Part shown: positions 8,437-16,750 of the stretch, piece after piece
Layout: every line of letters starts with the position of its first letter
Position numbering within the stretch: position 1 is the first letter of the stretch
Assembly: GCA_046291055.1 (NCBI GenBank)
Contig: JBKBSR010000001.1
Location: 1 to 53,096 of the forward strand
Reading direction: 5' to 3'
DNA length: 53,096 nt
Origin: Roseococcus sp.
Lineage (GTDB): Bacteria > Pseudomonadota > Alphaproteobacteria > Acetobacterales > Acetobacteraceae
The notes under the pieces: generated by a model
Databases searched by the model: none
Seen by the model: the letters and a program-made list of their open reading frames with translations, nothing else
Told to the model about the DNA's origin: nothing
Program-made: the position numbers and the translations under genes

Positions 8437-9452
8437 GCGCGGCGCTCGACCGACCCTCCGCCCCGGCCGCCGCGGCGGCGCGCCCGCTGGTGCGCCTGCG
8501 CGACCTCCATGTCACCTTCGCCACGCGGGACCGCACGGTGCATGCGGTGAACGGGGTGGACCTCGACCTCGCCGCCGGCGAGGTGCTCTGCATCCTGGGC
8601 GAATCCGGCTCGGGCAAATCCGTCACCATGCGCGCGCTGATGCGCCTCCTGCCGCGCTTCGCGCGCATCAGCGGCGGCATCGAGGTGGCGGGGCGCGACG
8701 TCGCCGCGATGAACGAGCGCGAGCTGGCCGATTTCCGCGGCGGCGAGGTCGCGATGATCTTCCAGGAGCCGATGACGGCGCTCGACCCCGTCTTCACCAT
8801 CGGCCGGCAGATCGCCGAGACTGTGCAGCGGCACGAGGGCGCCTCGCGCCAGGCGGCCGAGGCGCGGGCGCTGGAACTGCTGGAGCTGGTGCAGATCCCC
8901 TCCGCGAAGCGCCGCCTCGCCGCCTATCCGCACGAGCTCTCGGGCGGGCTGCGCCAGCGCGCCATGATCGCGGTCGCGCTCGCCTGCCGGCCCAAGCTGC
9001 TGCTGGCCGACGAACCGACCACCGCGCTGGACGCCACGGTGCAGATCCAGGTGCTGCTGCTGCTGCGCGAGCTGCAGCGGGAACTGGGCATGGGGGTGAT
9101 CTTCGTCACCCATGACCTCGGCGTGGCGGGCGAGATCGCGGACCGGGTGGCCGTGATGTATGCGGGCCGGGTGGTGGAGGAGGGGCCGGTGGGCGCGCTG
9201 ATGGCCGGCCCGCTGCACCCCTATCCGCAGGGGCTGCTCGGCGCCACCGTGCATCCGGGGATGCGCGGGCGGCGGCTCACCACCATTCCCGGCGCGCCTC
9301 CGCTGCTCGACGTGGCGCCCACGGGCTGCGCCTTCCACCCGCGCTGCCCGCATGCGGAGGATGCCTGCCTCGCCGGGGTGCCGGCCATGCGCTCGCCCTC
9401 TCCCGGCCGGCGCGCGCGCTGCCTGCGCGTGCCGGATGGTGACGTTTCGTAA
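8433..9452 (+). CDS. Oligopeptide/dipeptide ABC transporter ATPase (OppD/DppD-like)
   Basis: GESGSGKSVT, MIFQEPMTALDP, LSGGLRQR, ADEPTTALD, GCAFHPRC. ATGA overlap with the upstream gene. Confidence 0.92.
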   Translation: MSAALDRPSAPAAAAARPLVRLRDLHVTFATRDRTVHAVNGVDLDLAAGEVLCILGESGSGKSVTMRALMRLLPRFARISGGIEVAGRDVAAMNERELADFRGGEVAMIFQEPMTALDPVFTIGRQIAETVQRHEGASRQAAEARALELLELVQIPSAKRRLAAYPHELSGGLRQRAMIAVALACRPKLLLADEPTTALDATVQIQVLLLLRELQRELGMGVIFVTHDLGVAGEIADRVAVMYAGRVVEEGPVGALMAGPLHPYPQGLLGATVHPGMRGRRLTTIPGAPPLLDVAPTGCAFHPRCPHAEDACLAGVPAMRSPSPGRRARCLRVPDGDVS

Positions 9453-9466
9453 CAAGGGGGGTGAAC

Positions 9467-9490
9467 CGGGCTTGCGCGCGGGCAAGCCCG
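9467..9490. repeat. 9-bp inverted repeat (terminator-like hairpin or operator) upstream of the RND operon
   Basis: CGGGCTTGC-gcgcgg-GCAAGCCCG, 37 bp before ATG 9527. Confidence 0.4.
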
Positions 9491-9526
9491 TCGCCACAAC
9501 CGCGACATCATCCTGCGGGGGCTCCC

Positions 9527-10645
9527 ATGCGGGTCGTGGTTCAACTCGGCATTCTCGCGGCGCTGGCCGGCGGCGCCTACGCCTGGCACAGCCAGGCGGA
9601 CAAATGGGGCGTGCCGCGGCCGCTCGCGCTGCTCGGCCTGGAGGCGCCGGCCGAGCGCCAGGCGCCGCGCGGCGGCCCGCCGGGCGGGCAGGTGCCCGTG
9701 GTGGTCGCGCCTGTCCGCACCGGCGAGGTGGTGGAGCGCATCGAGAGCGTCGGCACGGTGCGGGCGCGCGAGGCTGTGACCATCACCACCAAGGTGGCCG
9801 GCATCGTCACCGCCGTCCGCTTCGAGGAGGGCCAGCGCGTGCGCGAGGGGCAGGTGCTGCTGGAGCTCGACTCCGCGGCGCTCCAGGCCGAGCTCGACCA
9901 GGCGCGCGCCGCCCTCGACAACGCGCGCCAGCAGCTCGCCCGCGCCCGCGCCCTGCCGGCCGGCCAGGCGGTGGCCCAGGCCCGGGTGGACGAGCTCGAG
10001 ACCCTGGCCCGCGCCGCCGAGGGCCGCGTGCGCCAGACCCAGGCCCGCATCGAGGAGCTGCGCCTCGTCGCGCCCTTCGAGGGGCGCGTGGGGCTGCGGC
10101 AGGTGAGCCCCGGCGCGCTGATCCAGCCCGGCACGGCGGTGACGACGCTGGACGACATCAGCCGGGTGCGCGTCGAGTTCTCGGTGCCCGAGGTGCATTT
10201 CGCCCGCGTGCAGCCCGGCGCCCGCGTGATCGCGCGCAGCGCCGCCTACGGCAACCGGCGCTTCGAGGGGCGGGTGGCGATCATCGACACGCGCATCGAC
10301 CCGGCCACCCGCACCATCCGCCTCATCTCGGAGTTCGAGAACCCGGACGAGGCGCTGAAGCCCGGCCTGTTCCTCACCGTGGAACTCACCCTGGAAAGCC
10401 GCCCGAGCGCGCTTCTCATCCCGGAGGAGGCGCTCGATCCGGTGGGCGAGCGCAACTACGTCTACGCCATTCGCGAGGGGCGCGCGCGCCGCGTCGAGGT
10501 GGCGCTCGGCCTGCGCCTGCCGGGCGAGGTGGAAATCCGCCAGGGCCTCTCGGCCGGGGATCAGGTGGTGGTGCGCGGCCTGCAGCGCCTGCGCCCCGAC
10601 GCGCCCGTGCGCGTGACCGAGACCATGACCCGCCCGACGAGCTGA
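9527..10645 (+). CDS. RND efflux periplasmic adaptor (membrane fusion protein)
   Basis: N-terminal TM anchor, lipoyl-like FEEGQRVREGQVLLELD, hairpin helices, APFEGRVG, RIDPATRT, LKPGLF. Confidence 0.92.
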   Translation: MRVVVQLGILAALAGGAYAWHSQADKWGVPRPLALLGLEAPAERQAPRGGPPGGQVPVVVAPVRTGEVVERIESVGTVRAREAVTITTKVAGIVTAVRFEEGQRVREGQVLLELDSAALQAELDQARAALDNARQQLARARALPAGQAVAQARVDELETLARAAEGRVRQTQARIEELRLVAPFEGRVGLRQVSPGALIQPGTAVTTLDDISRVRVEFSVPEVHFARVQPGARVIARSAAYGNRRFEGRVAIIDTRIDPATRTIRLISEFENPDEALKPGLFLTVELTLESRPSALLIPEEALDPVGERNYVYAIREGRARRVEVALGLRLPGEVEIRQGLSAGDQVVVRGLQRLRPDAPVRVTETMTRPTS

Positions 10646-10658
10646 AGGCCCGCCGCGC

Positions 10659-13600
10659 ATGATCCTCTCCGACCTCTCCATCAAGCGCCCGGTCTTCGCC
10701 ACCGTGGTCAGCCTGATGATGATCGTGCTCGGCCTCGCCTCGCTCATGCGGCTGCCGATCCGCGAACTGCCGCAGATCGACCCGCCCATCATCCAGGTGA
10801 CGACGCAGTACATCGGCGCCTCGGCCGCGGTGGTGGACACCCAGATCACCGAACTGATCGAGGCGGCGGTGGCCGGCATCGAGGGGATCAAGACCATCAC
10901 CTCGCAGTCGCGCGACGAGCGCAGCCAGGTGGTGATCGAGTTCAACCTCTCGCGCGACGTGGACGCGGCGGCGAACGACGTGCGCGACCGCGTGGCGCGC
11001 GCGCTGAACCGGCTGCCCGAGGCCGCCGACCAGCCGGTGGTGCAGAAGCAGGACGGCGACAGCCGCCCCATCCTCTGGATCGCCCTCTCCTCCGACCGCC
11101 ATTCGGGGATGGAGATCACCGACATCGCCCGCCGGCGCATGCTGGACCGCCTCGCCATCGTGGACGGGGTGGCGCAGGTGATCGTGCAGGGCGAGCGGCG
11201 CTTTTCCATGCGCATCTGGCTCGACCGCCAGGCCCTCGCCGCGCGCGGGCTGACGGTGCAGGACGTGGAGGAGGCGATCCGCCGCGAGAACGTGGAGCTG
11301 CCCGGCGGGCGGCTCGACTCCCTGCAGCGCGAGCTGACGGTGCGCACCGACACGCGCATGAACCGCCCCGAACAGTTCCGCAGCATCGTCGTCGCCCGCC
11401 AGGGGGGGGCGCAGGTGCTGCTGGGCGACGTCGCGACGGTGGAGATCGCGCCCGAGGACACGCGCGGCGAGTATCGCATCAACGGCCGTCCGGCCATCGG
11501 CCTCGGCATCCTGCGGCAGAGCACGGCGAACACGCTCTCGGTGGCCAACGGGGTGAAGGCGGAGGTGGCGCGCATCGTCCCCTCCCTGCCCGAGGGCATG
11601 CAGGTCACCTACGGCTTCGACGAAAGCCTGTTCATCAGCCAGTCCATCTACGAGGTGCAGCACGCGCTGATGATCGCGCTCGCCCTCGTGGTGGGAGTCA
11701 TCTTCCTGTTCCTGCGCAGCTTCCGCGCCACCATCATCCCGGCGGTGGCGATCCCGGTCTCCATCATCGCCTCCTTCGCGGCGATGGCGGCGATGGGATT
11801 CTCGCTCAACATCCTCACGCTGCTCGGCCTCGTTCTGGCCATCGGCCTCGTGGTGGACGATGCGATCGTGGTGCTGGAGAACGTCCATCGCCGCATCGAG
11901 GAGGGGGAGGAGCCGCTGCTCGCCGCGCTGCGCGGCTCGCGCGAGATCGCCTTCGCGGTGCTGGCCACCACGCTGGTGCTGATCGCGGTGTTCGTGCCGC
12001 TCTCCTTCATGGAGGGGAATGTGGGGCGGCTGTTCACCGAGTTCGGCCTCGCGCTCGCCGCCTCGGTGGCCTTCTCGGGGCTGGTGGCGCTGACGCTCAC
12101 GCCGATGATGTGCAGCAAGCTGCTGACCCCGGCTTCCGGCCACAGCTGGATCATCCGCCGCACCGAGCCGATCTTCCACTACATGAACGAGGGCTTCCGC
12201 TGGACCCTGCGCGGGGCGCTGAAGGCGCCGATCATCACGCTCGGGCTGGCGGCCTCGCTCTCGGGCCTCGCGCTGATCCTGTTCAACGTCGTGCCCAAGG
12301 AGTTCACGCCGACCGAGGACCGCGGCGTGGTCATCATCCCGATGACCGGCCCCGAGGGCGCCAACCCGAACTACATGCGCGAGCACGCCCTGCGCGCCGA
12401 GGCGATCGGCGCCGAATACGTGGCGCGCGGCGAGGCCGCCTCGGTCTTCGCCACCATGGGCGGCTTCCAGCGCCCGCCCATCGGCAATGTGGCGAACGTC
12501 TTCATCCGCCTTGCGCCCTGGCACGAGCGCGAGCGCAAGGCCCAGGCCATCGCCGCCGAGATCTTCCCGCGCGTGGCCGCCATGCCGGGCGTGCGCGCCT
12601 TCACGCTGGTTCCGCCATCGCTCGGCCAGTCCGGCTTCCAGCCGCCCATCCAGTTCGTCATCGGCGGGCCCGACTACGCGACGCTCGTGGAGTGGCGCGA
12701 CGCCTTCCTGGAGCGCGCGCGGCAGAACCCGCGGCTGCTCAACCTCGACTCCAACTTTCGCGAGACCAAGCCGGAAATCCGCGTGGACGTGGACCGGCGC
12801 AAGGCGGCGGAGCTCGGCATCTCCATCCAGGCCATCGGCCGCACCATCGAGACCATGCTCGGCTCGCGCGAGGTCGGCACCTATGTGGACGGCGGCCAGG
12901 AATACCGCGTGCTGCTGCAGGCGCACGAGACGAACCGCGCCACGCCCTACGACCTCGAGAACATCTTCATCCGCGGGGCGGGCGGCCTCGTGCCGCTCTC
13001 CAACGTGGTGGTGCTGAGCGAGCGCGCGCGCCCGCAGCAGCTCTCGCGCGCCGACCGCGTGCGCGCCATCACCATCACCGCCTCGCTCGCCCCCGGCTAC
13101 GCGCTGGGCGACGCGCTGGACTTCATGGACGCCATCGCGGCCGAGGTGCTGCCCTCGGAGGCGCGCATCTCCTACCGCGGCCAGTCGCTGGAGTTCCGCG
13201 ACAGCTCCTCGGCTCTCTACGTCACCTTCCTGCTCGCGCTCATCGTCGTCTATCTCGTGCTGGCGGCGCAGTTCGAGAGCTTCATCCACCCCTTCATCAT
13301 CCTGCTCTCCACCCCGCTCGCGGTCACGGGCGGGCTGCTCGCCCTGCACCTGACGGGGCAGACGCTGAACATCTTCTCGCAGATCGGCATGATCCTGCTG
13401 ATCGGGCTGATGGCGAAGAACGGCATCCTAGTGGTGGAGTTCGCCAACCAGCTCCGCGACCGCGGGCTTTCCATCTTCGACGCGGCGCTGGAGGCGAGCG
13501 TGGTGCGCCTGCGCCCCATCCTGATGACCTCCATCGCCACCGTGCTTGGCGCCGTGCCGCTCGCCATGGCCACGGGCGCGGGGGCCGAGAGCCGCATGGC

Positions 13601-13814
13601 GCTCGGCGTGGTGATCGTGGGGGGCATCAGCCTCTCCACCTTCGTCACGCTGTACGCCATCCCCGCGCTCTACGTGATGCTCGCGCGCTTCACCAAGCCC
13701 ATCGGCCACATCGAGCGCGCGCTGAGCGATCTCGAGGCCCGCGCACCGGCGGTCGGCGACGAGGCGGCGAAATACGCGAAGAAGGGCGGCGGCCAGCCCG
13801 CCCCGGCGGAGTGA
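10659..13814 (+). CDS. RND efflux transporter permease (AcrB/HAE1 family)
   Basis: 1051 aa; SIKRPVFA, proton-relay motif GLVVDDAIVVLEN, GLMAKNGIL, RLRPILMT. Confidence 0.95.
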   Translation: MILSDLSIKRPVFATVVSLMMIVLGLASLMRLPIRELPQIDPPIIQVTTQYIGASAAVVDTQITELIEAAVAGIEGIKTITSQSRDERSQVVIEFNLSRDVDAAANDVRDRVARALNRLPEAADQPVVQKQDGDSRPILWIALSSDRHSGMEITDIARRRMLDRLAIVDGVAQVIVQGERRFSMRIWLDRQALAARGLTVQDVEEAIRRENVELPGGRLDSLQRELTVRTDTRMNRPEQFRSIVVARQGGAQVLLGDVATVEIAPEDTRGEYRINGRPAIGLGILRQSTANTLSVANGVKAEVARIVPSLPEGMQVTYGFDESLFISQSIYEVQHALMIALALVVGVIFLFLRSFRATIIPAVAIPVSIIASFAAMAAMGFSLNILTLLGLVLAIGLVVDDAIVVLENVHRRIEEGEEPLLAALRGSREIAFAVLATTLVLIAVFVPLSFMEGNVGRLFTEFGLALAASVAFSGLVALTLTPMMCSKLLTPASGHSWIIRRTEPIFHYMNEGFRWTLRGALKAPIITLGLAASLSGLALILFNVVPKEFTPTEDRGVVIIPMTGPEGANPNYMREHALRAEAIGAEYVARGEAASVFATMGGFQRPPIGNVANVFIRLAPWHERERKAQAIAAEIFPRVAAMPGVRAFTLVPPSLGQSGFQPPIQFVIGGPDYATLVEWRDAFLERARQNPRLLNLDSNFRETKPEIRVDVDRRKAAELGISIQAIGRTIETMLGSREVGTYVDGGQEYRVLLQAHETNRATPYDLENIFIRGAGGLVPLSNVVVLSERARPQQLSRADRVRAITITASLAPGYALGDALDFMDAIAAEVLPSEARISYRGQSLEFRDSSSALYVTFLLALIVVYLVLAAQFESFIHPFIILLSTPLAVTGGLLALHLTGQTLNIFSQIGMILLIGLMAKNGILVVEFANQLRDRGLSIFDAALEASVVRLRPILMTSIATVLGAVPLAMATGAGAESRMALGVVIVGGISLSTFVTLYAIPALYVMLARFTKPIGHIERALSDLEARAPAVGDEAAKYAKKGGGQPAPAE

Positions 13815-13871
13815 CGCGCCCGCCCCGCTGATCTAGTTTCCCCCCCGCAAGCCTTGGGGGAGAGAGCCGGC

Positions 13872-15542
13872 ATGGCGAAGGGGATGCAGGAACGCAGCGG
13901 CGGGCAGTTGCTGGCCGATGCGCTGGTGGCCAACGGCGCGAGCCATGTGTTCGCCGTGCCGGGCGAGAGCTACCTCGACCTGCTGGACGGCCTTTACGCC
14001 GTGCGCAACCGCATCCAGCTCATCACCTGCCGCTTCGAGGCCGGCGCGGTCCATATGGCCGAGGCGCAGGGCAAGCTGACCGGCAGGCCTGGCGTGGCCA
14101 TCGTCACGCGGGGCCCTGGCGCCTGCCACGCCGCCATCGGCGTGCATGTGGCGATGCAGGATTCCACGCCGCTCGTGCTGCTCGTCGGCCAGATTCCGGT
14201 GGAGGAGACGGACCGGGAGAGCTTCCAGGAGGTGGACTACCGCCGGATGTTCAGCCCGCTCGCGAAGTGGGTGACGCAGATCGACGACGCGCGCCGCATC
14301 CCCGAGCTCATGGCGCACGCCTTCGACGTGGCGGTGAGCGGCCGCCCCGGCCCGGTCGTCGTCGCCATCAGCGAGGAGATGCAGAAGCAGCGCGTCGCCG
14401 TGCCGGACATCGGCCCGCAGCGCGTGCTGCCCGCCCACCCCGCGCCCGAGGCCATCGCCGAGGTGATGGCGCTGCTGGCCAAGGCCGAGCGGCCGCTCGC
14501 CATCCTCGGCGGCAGCCGATGGAGCGCGGCCGGCAAGGCCGCCATTCGCGATTTCCTGGTGGGCAACGACATCCCTGTGGCCGTCGCCTTCCGCCGCCAG
14601 GGCCTGTTCGACGGCACGAGCGCGCATTACGCGGGCGATCTCGGCGTGGGCGCGGATGCCGGGCTCGTCGCGGCAGCGAAGAAGGCGGACCTGATCCTCG
14701 CCATCGGCACGCGCATCGGCGAGCCGGTGAGCCAGGGCTACACGCTGCTCGACATGGCCGGCGCCACGCCCATCGTGCATGTGCATCCGGAGCAGAGCGA
14801 GATCGGGCGCGTCTATCGCGTGGCGCTCGGCGTCACCAGCGACGTGAACGCCTTCGCCCTCGCCATCGCGGGGCAGCGCCTGGCGGCGCCGCGCTGGGGC
14901 GCCTGGCGCCAGGAGGTGCGCGCCGCGCGCGAGGCGCAGGCCGTGGCGCCCGACTACGAGGGCCCGCTCAACCTCGCCCGCGCGCTGCAGGCGCTGGAGA
15001 AGGAACTCCCGGCCGACGCGATCTTCGCCACCGACGCCGGCAACTTCGCCACCTGGCCCACGCGCTTCATGCATGTGAAGGAGGGGCAGGATTTCCTCGG
15101 CCCCACGAACGGCGCCATGGGCTATGGCGTGCCCGCGGCCATCGGCGCCGCCATCGTGCAGCCGGGGCGGCAGGTGATCTGCTTCGTCGGAGATGGCGGC
15201 TTCCTGATGACGGGCCAGGAGATCGCCACCGCCTTCCACCACGGCGTCGCGCCGATCATCCTCGTGTTCAACAACCGGATGTACGGCACCATCCGGATGT
15301 ATCAGGAGCGCACCTATCCCGGGCGCGTCTCCGGCACGGAGCTCACCAACCCGGACTTCGCGAAGTTCATCGAGGCCTTCGGCGGGCATGGCGAGGTGGT
15401 GGAACGCACCGAGGATCTCGTGCCCGCCTATCGCCGCGCCGCCGCCAGCGGCAAGCCCGCCCTCATCGAAATCCGGATGAACCCGGAGCAGGTGACGAAC
15501 CGCGCCACCATCGCCGATCTCCGCGCCCAGGCGCGGCGGTGA
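13872..15542 (+). CDS. Thiamine-diphosphate-dependent enzyme (acetolactate synthase large subunit-like)
   Basis: VPGESYL, catalytic Glu in CRFEAGA, TRGPG, ThDP motif GDGGFLMTGQE...VFNN. Start at 13872 or 13884. Confidence 0.9.
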   Translation: MAKGMQERSGGQLLADALVANGASHVFAVPGESYLDLLDGLYAVRNRIQLITCRFEAGAVHMAEAQGKLTGRPGVAIVTRGPGACHAAIGVHVAMQDSTPLVLLVGQIPVEETDRESFQEVDYRRMFSPLAKWVTQIDDARRIPELMAHAFDVAVSGRPGPVVVAISEEMQKQRVAVPDIGPQRVLPAHPAPEAIAEVMALLAKAERPLAILGGSRWSAAGKAAIRDFLVGNDIPVAVAFRRQGLFDGTSAHYAGDLGVGADAGLVAAAKKADLILAIGTRIGEPVSQGYTLLDMAGATPIVHVHPEQSEIGRVYRVALGVTSDVNAFALAIAGQRLAAPRWGAWRQEVRAAREAQAVAPDYEGPLNLARALQALEKELPADAIFATDAGNFATWPTRFMHVKEGQDFLGPTNGAMGYGVPAAIGAAIVQPGRQVICFVGDGGFLMTGQEIATAFHHGVAPIILVFNNRMYGTIRMYQERTYPGRVSGTELTNPDFAKFIEAFGGHGEVVERTEDLVPAYRRAAASGKPALIEIRMNPEQVTNRATIADLRAQARR

Positions 15543-15567
15543 GCGGGAAGGGGATGGTGGGGCCGTG

Positions 15568-16275
15568 TCAGGCCGCCACCTCCACCAGCACCAGCTCGGC
15601 CTCCTCCTCGGCGCGGATGAGGAGCTCCGCCTCGTCGCGGATCGCCGCGCCGTCGCGCGCCGAGAGCGCCGCGCCGTTCACCGTCACGCGGCCGCGGGCC
15701 GGCACGAGATAGGCGGCGCGCCCGGCGGCGAGCGGCTGGCGAAGCTCCTGCCCCGCCGCCAGGGTGGCGGCCATCACCGCCGCGTCGGCGTTGATGGGCA
15801 GGGCGCCGGCCTCGGCGTCGCCCGCGCGGCCGCCGGCCAGCACCTCGAAGCGCGCCTCGCGCCCGGCCTTGGGGAAGGACTTGGCGCCCCAGTTCGGCTT
15901 CGCCCCGGCGCGGTCCGGGATGATCCAGATCTGGAAGATGCGCGTGGCGCCGGGCTCCAGGTTGTACTCGCTGTGCACCACGCCCGTCCCGGCCGACATG
16001 ATCTGCACGTCGCCGGCCTCGGTGCGGCCCTCATTGCCCATGCTGTCGCGGTGGGTGATCGCCCCCTCGCGGACATAGGTGATGATCTCCATGTCGCGGT
16101 GCGGGTGCGGGTCGAAGCCCGTGCCGGGGGCGATCTCGTCGTCGTTCCACACGCGCAGCCGGCCCCAGCCCATGCGCGCGCGGTCCTGGTAATGGCCGAA
16201 GGAGAAGTGGTGGCGTGCCTTGAGCCAGCCGAAATCGGCGCCGCCGAGGCTGGCGAAGGGGCGGATGTCGATCAT
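15568..16275 (-). CDS. Pirin family protein (YhhW-like)
   Basis: WLKARHHFSF, GFDPHPHRDMEIITYV, HRDSMGN, MSAGTGVVHSE, FQIWI. Confidence 0.93.
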   Translation of the reverse strand: MIDIRPFASLGGADFGWLKARHHFSFGHYQDRARMGWGRLRVWNDDEIAPGTGFDPHPHRDMEIITYVREGAITHRDSMGNEGRTEAGDVQIMSAGTGVVHSEYNLEPGATRIFQIWIIPDRAGAKPNWGAKSFPKAGREARFEVLAGGRAGDAEAGALPINADAAVMAATLAAGQELRQPLAAGRAAYLVPARGRVTVNGAALSARDGAAIRDEAELLIRAEEEAELVLVEVAA

Positions 16276-16400
16276 GGTCGTGATCCCGCGGGGCCGGCTT
16301 GTGGCCCCTGTCACGCGGCAGATAGCGGGCCGCCGCGGCCCGCGCCATGCCGCGCGCGCGATCGCGCCCATTCAGCGCGGTGATGGGCGCGCCGGCAGGC

Positions 16401-16586
16401 TCAATGCGCCGCGCGGTCCTTCGCGTCGAAGTGCCGCTTCACGATCCCGTAGCCGTAGAACAGCCCGAAGGCGGCGAGCATGATGCCCCAGGCGTAGAGG
16501 TAGCCCTCGGCCACCGCGATGATGAGCAGGCCGACCAGCACCATCGCCGCGGCCAGGACCATGAACAGGACGGAGGAGACGGGCAT
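16401..16586 (-). CDS. Hypothetical 61-aa two-TM membrane protein, last gene of the cco operon
   Basis: Its ATG overlaps the ccoS stop (TGATG). Two hydrophobic helices and a basic tail KRHFDAKD. Confidence 0.75.
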   Translation of the reverse strand: MPVSSVLFMVLAAAMVLVGLLIIAVAEGYLYAWGIMLAAFGLFYGYGIVKRHFDAKDRAAH

Positions 16587-16750
16587 CAGCGGGGTCCTTT
16601 CTTCCCGGGGGTGTCGTCGTCGAAGAGGATTCGCGCGGCCGCGCCGTCGAGATCCTCGAACTGGCCCGAGCGGAGCGCATAGAGGAAGGCCGCGAGGCCG
16701 ATGAGCCCGAGCGCCAGCGCGGCGGGAATGAGCCAGACCAGGATGTCCAT
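16586..16750 (-). CDS. ccoS: cbb3-type oxidase assembly protein CcoS/FixS
   Basis: MDILVWLIPAAL...FLYALRSGQFEDLDGAAARILFDD. TGATG overlap with the ccoI stop. Confidence 0.93.
   Translation of the reverse strand: MDILVWLIPAALALGLIGLAAFLYALRSGQFEDLDGAAARILFDDDTPGKKGPR

Noticed and set aside
11402-11409. G8 homopolymer in the RND gene as a phase-variation tract
   Set aside because: Short, in frame (Gln-Gly-Gly-Ala) and expected by chance at this GC content.
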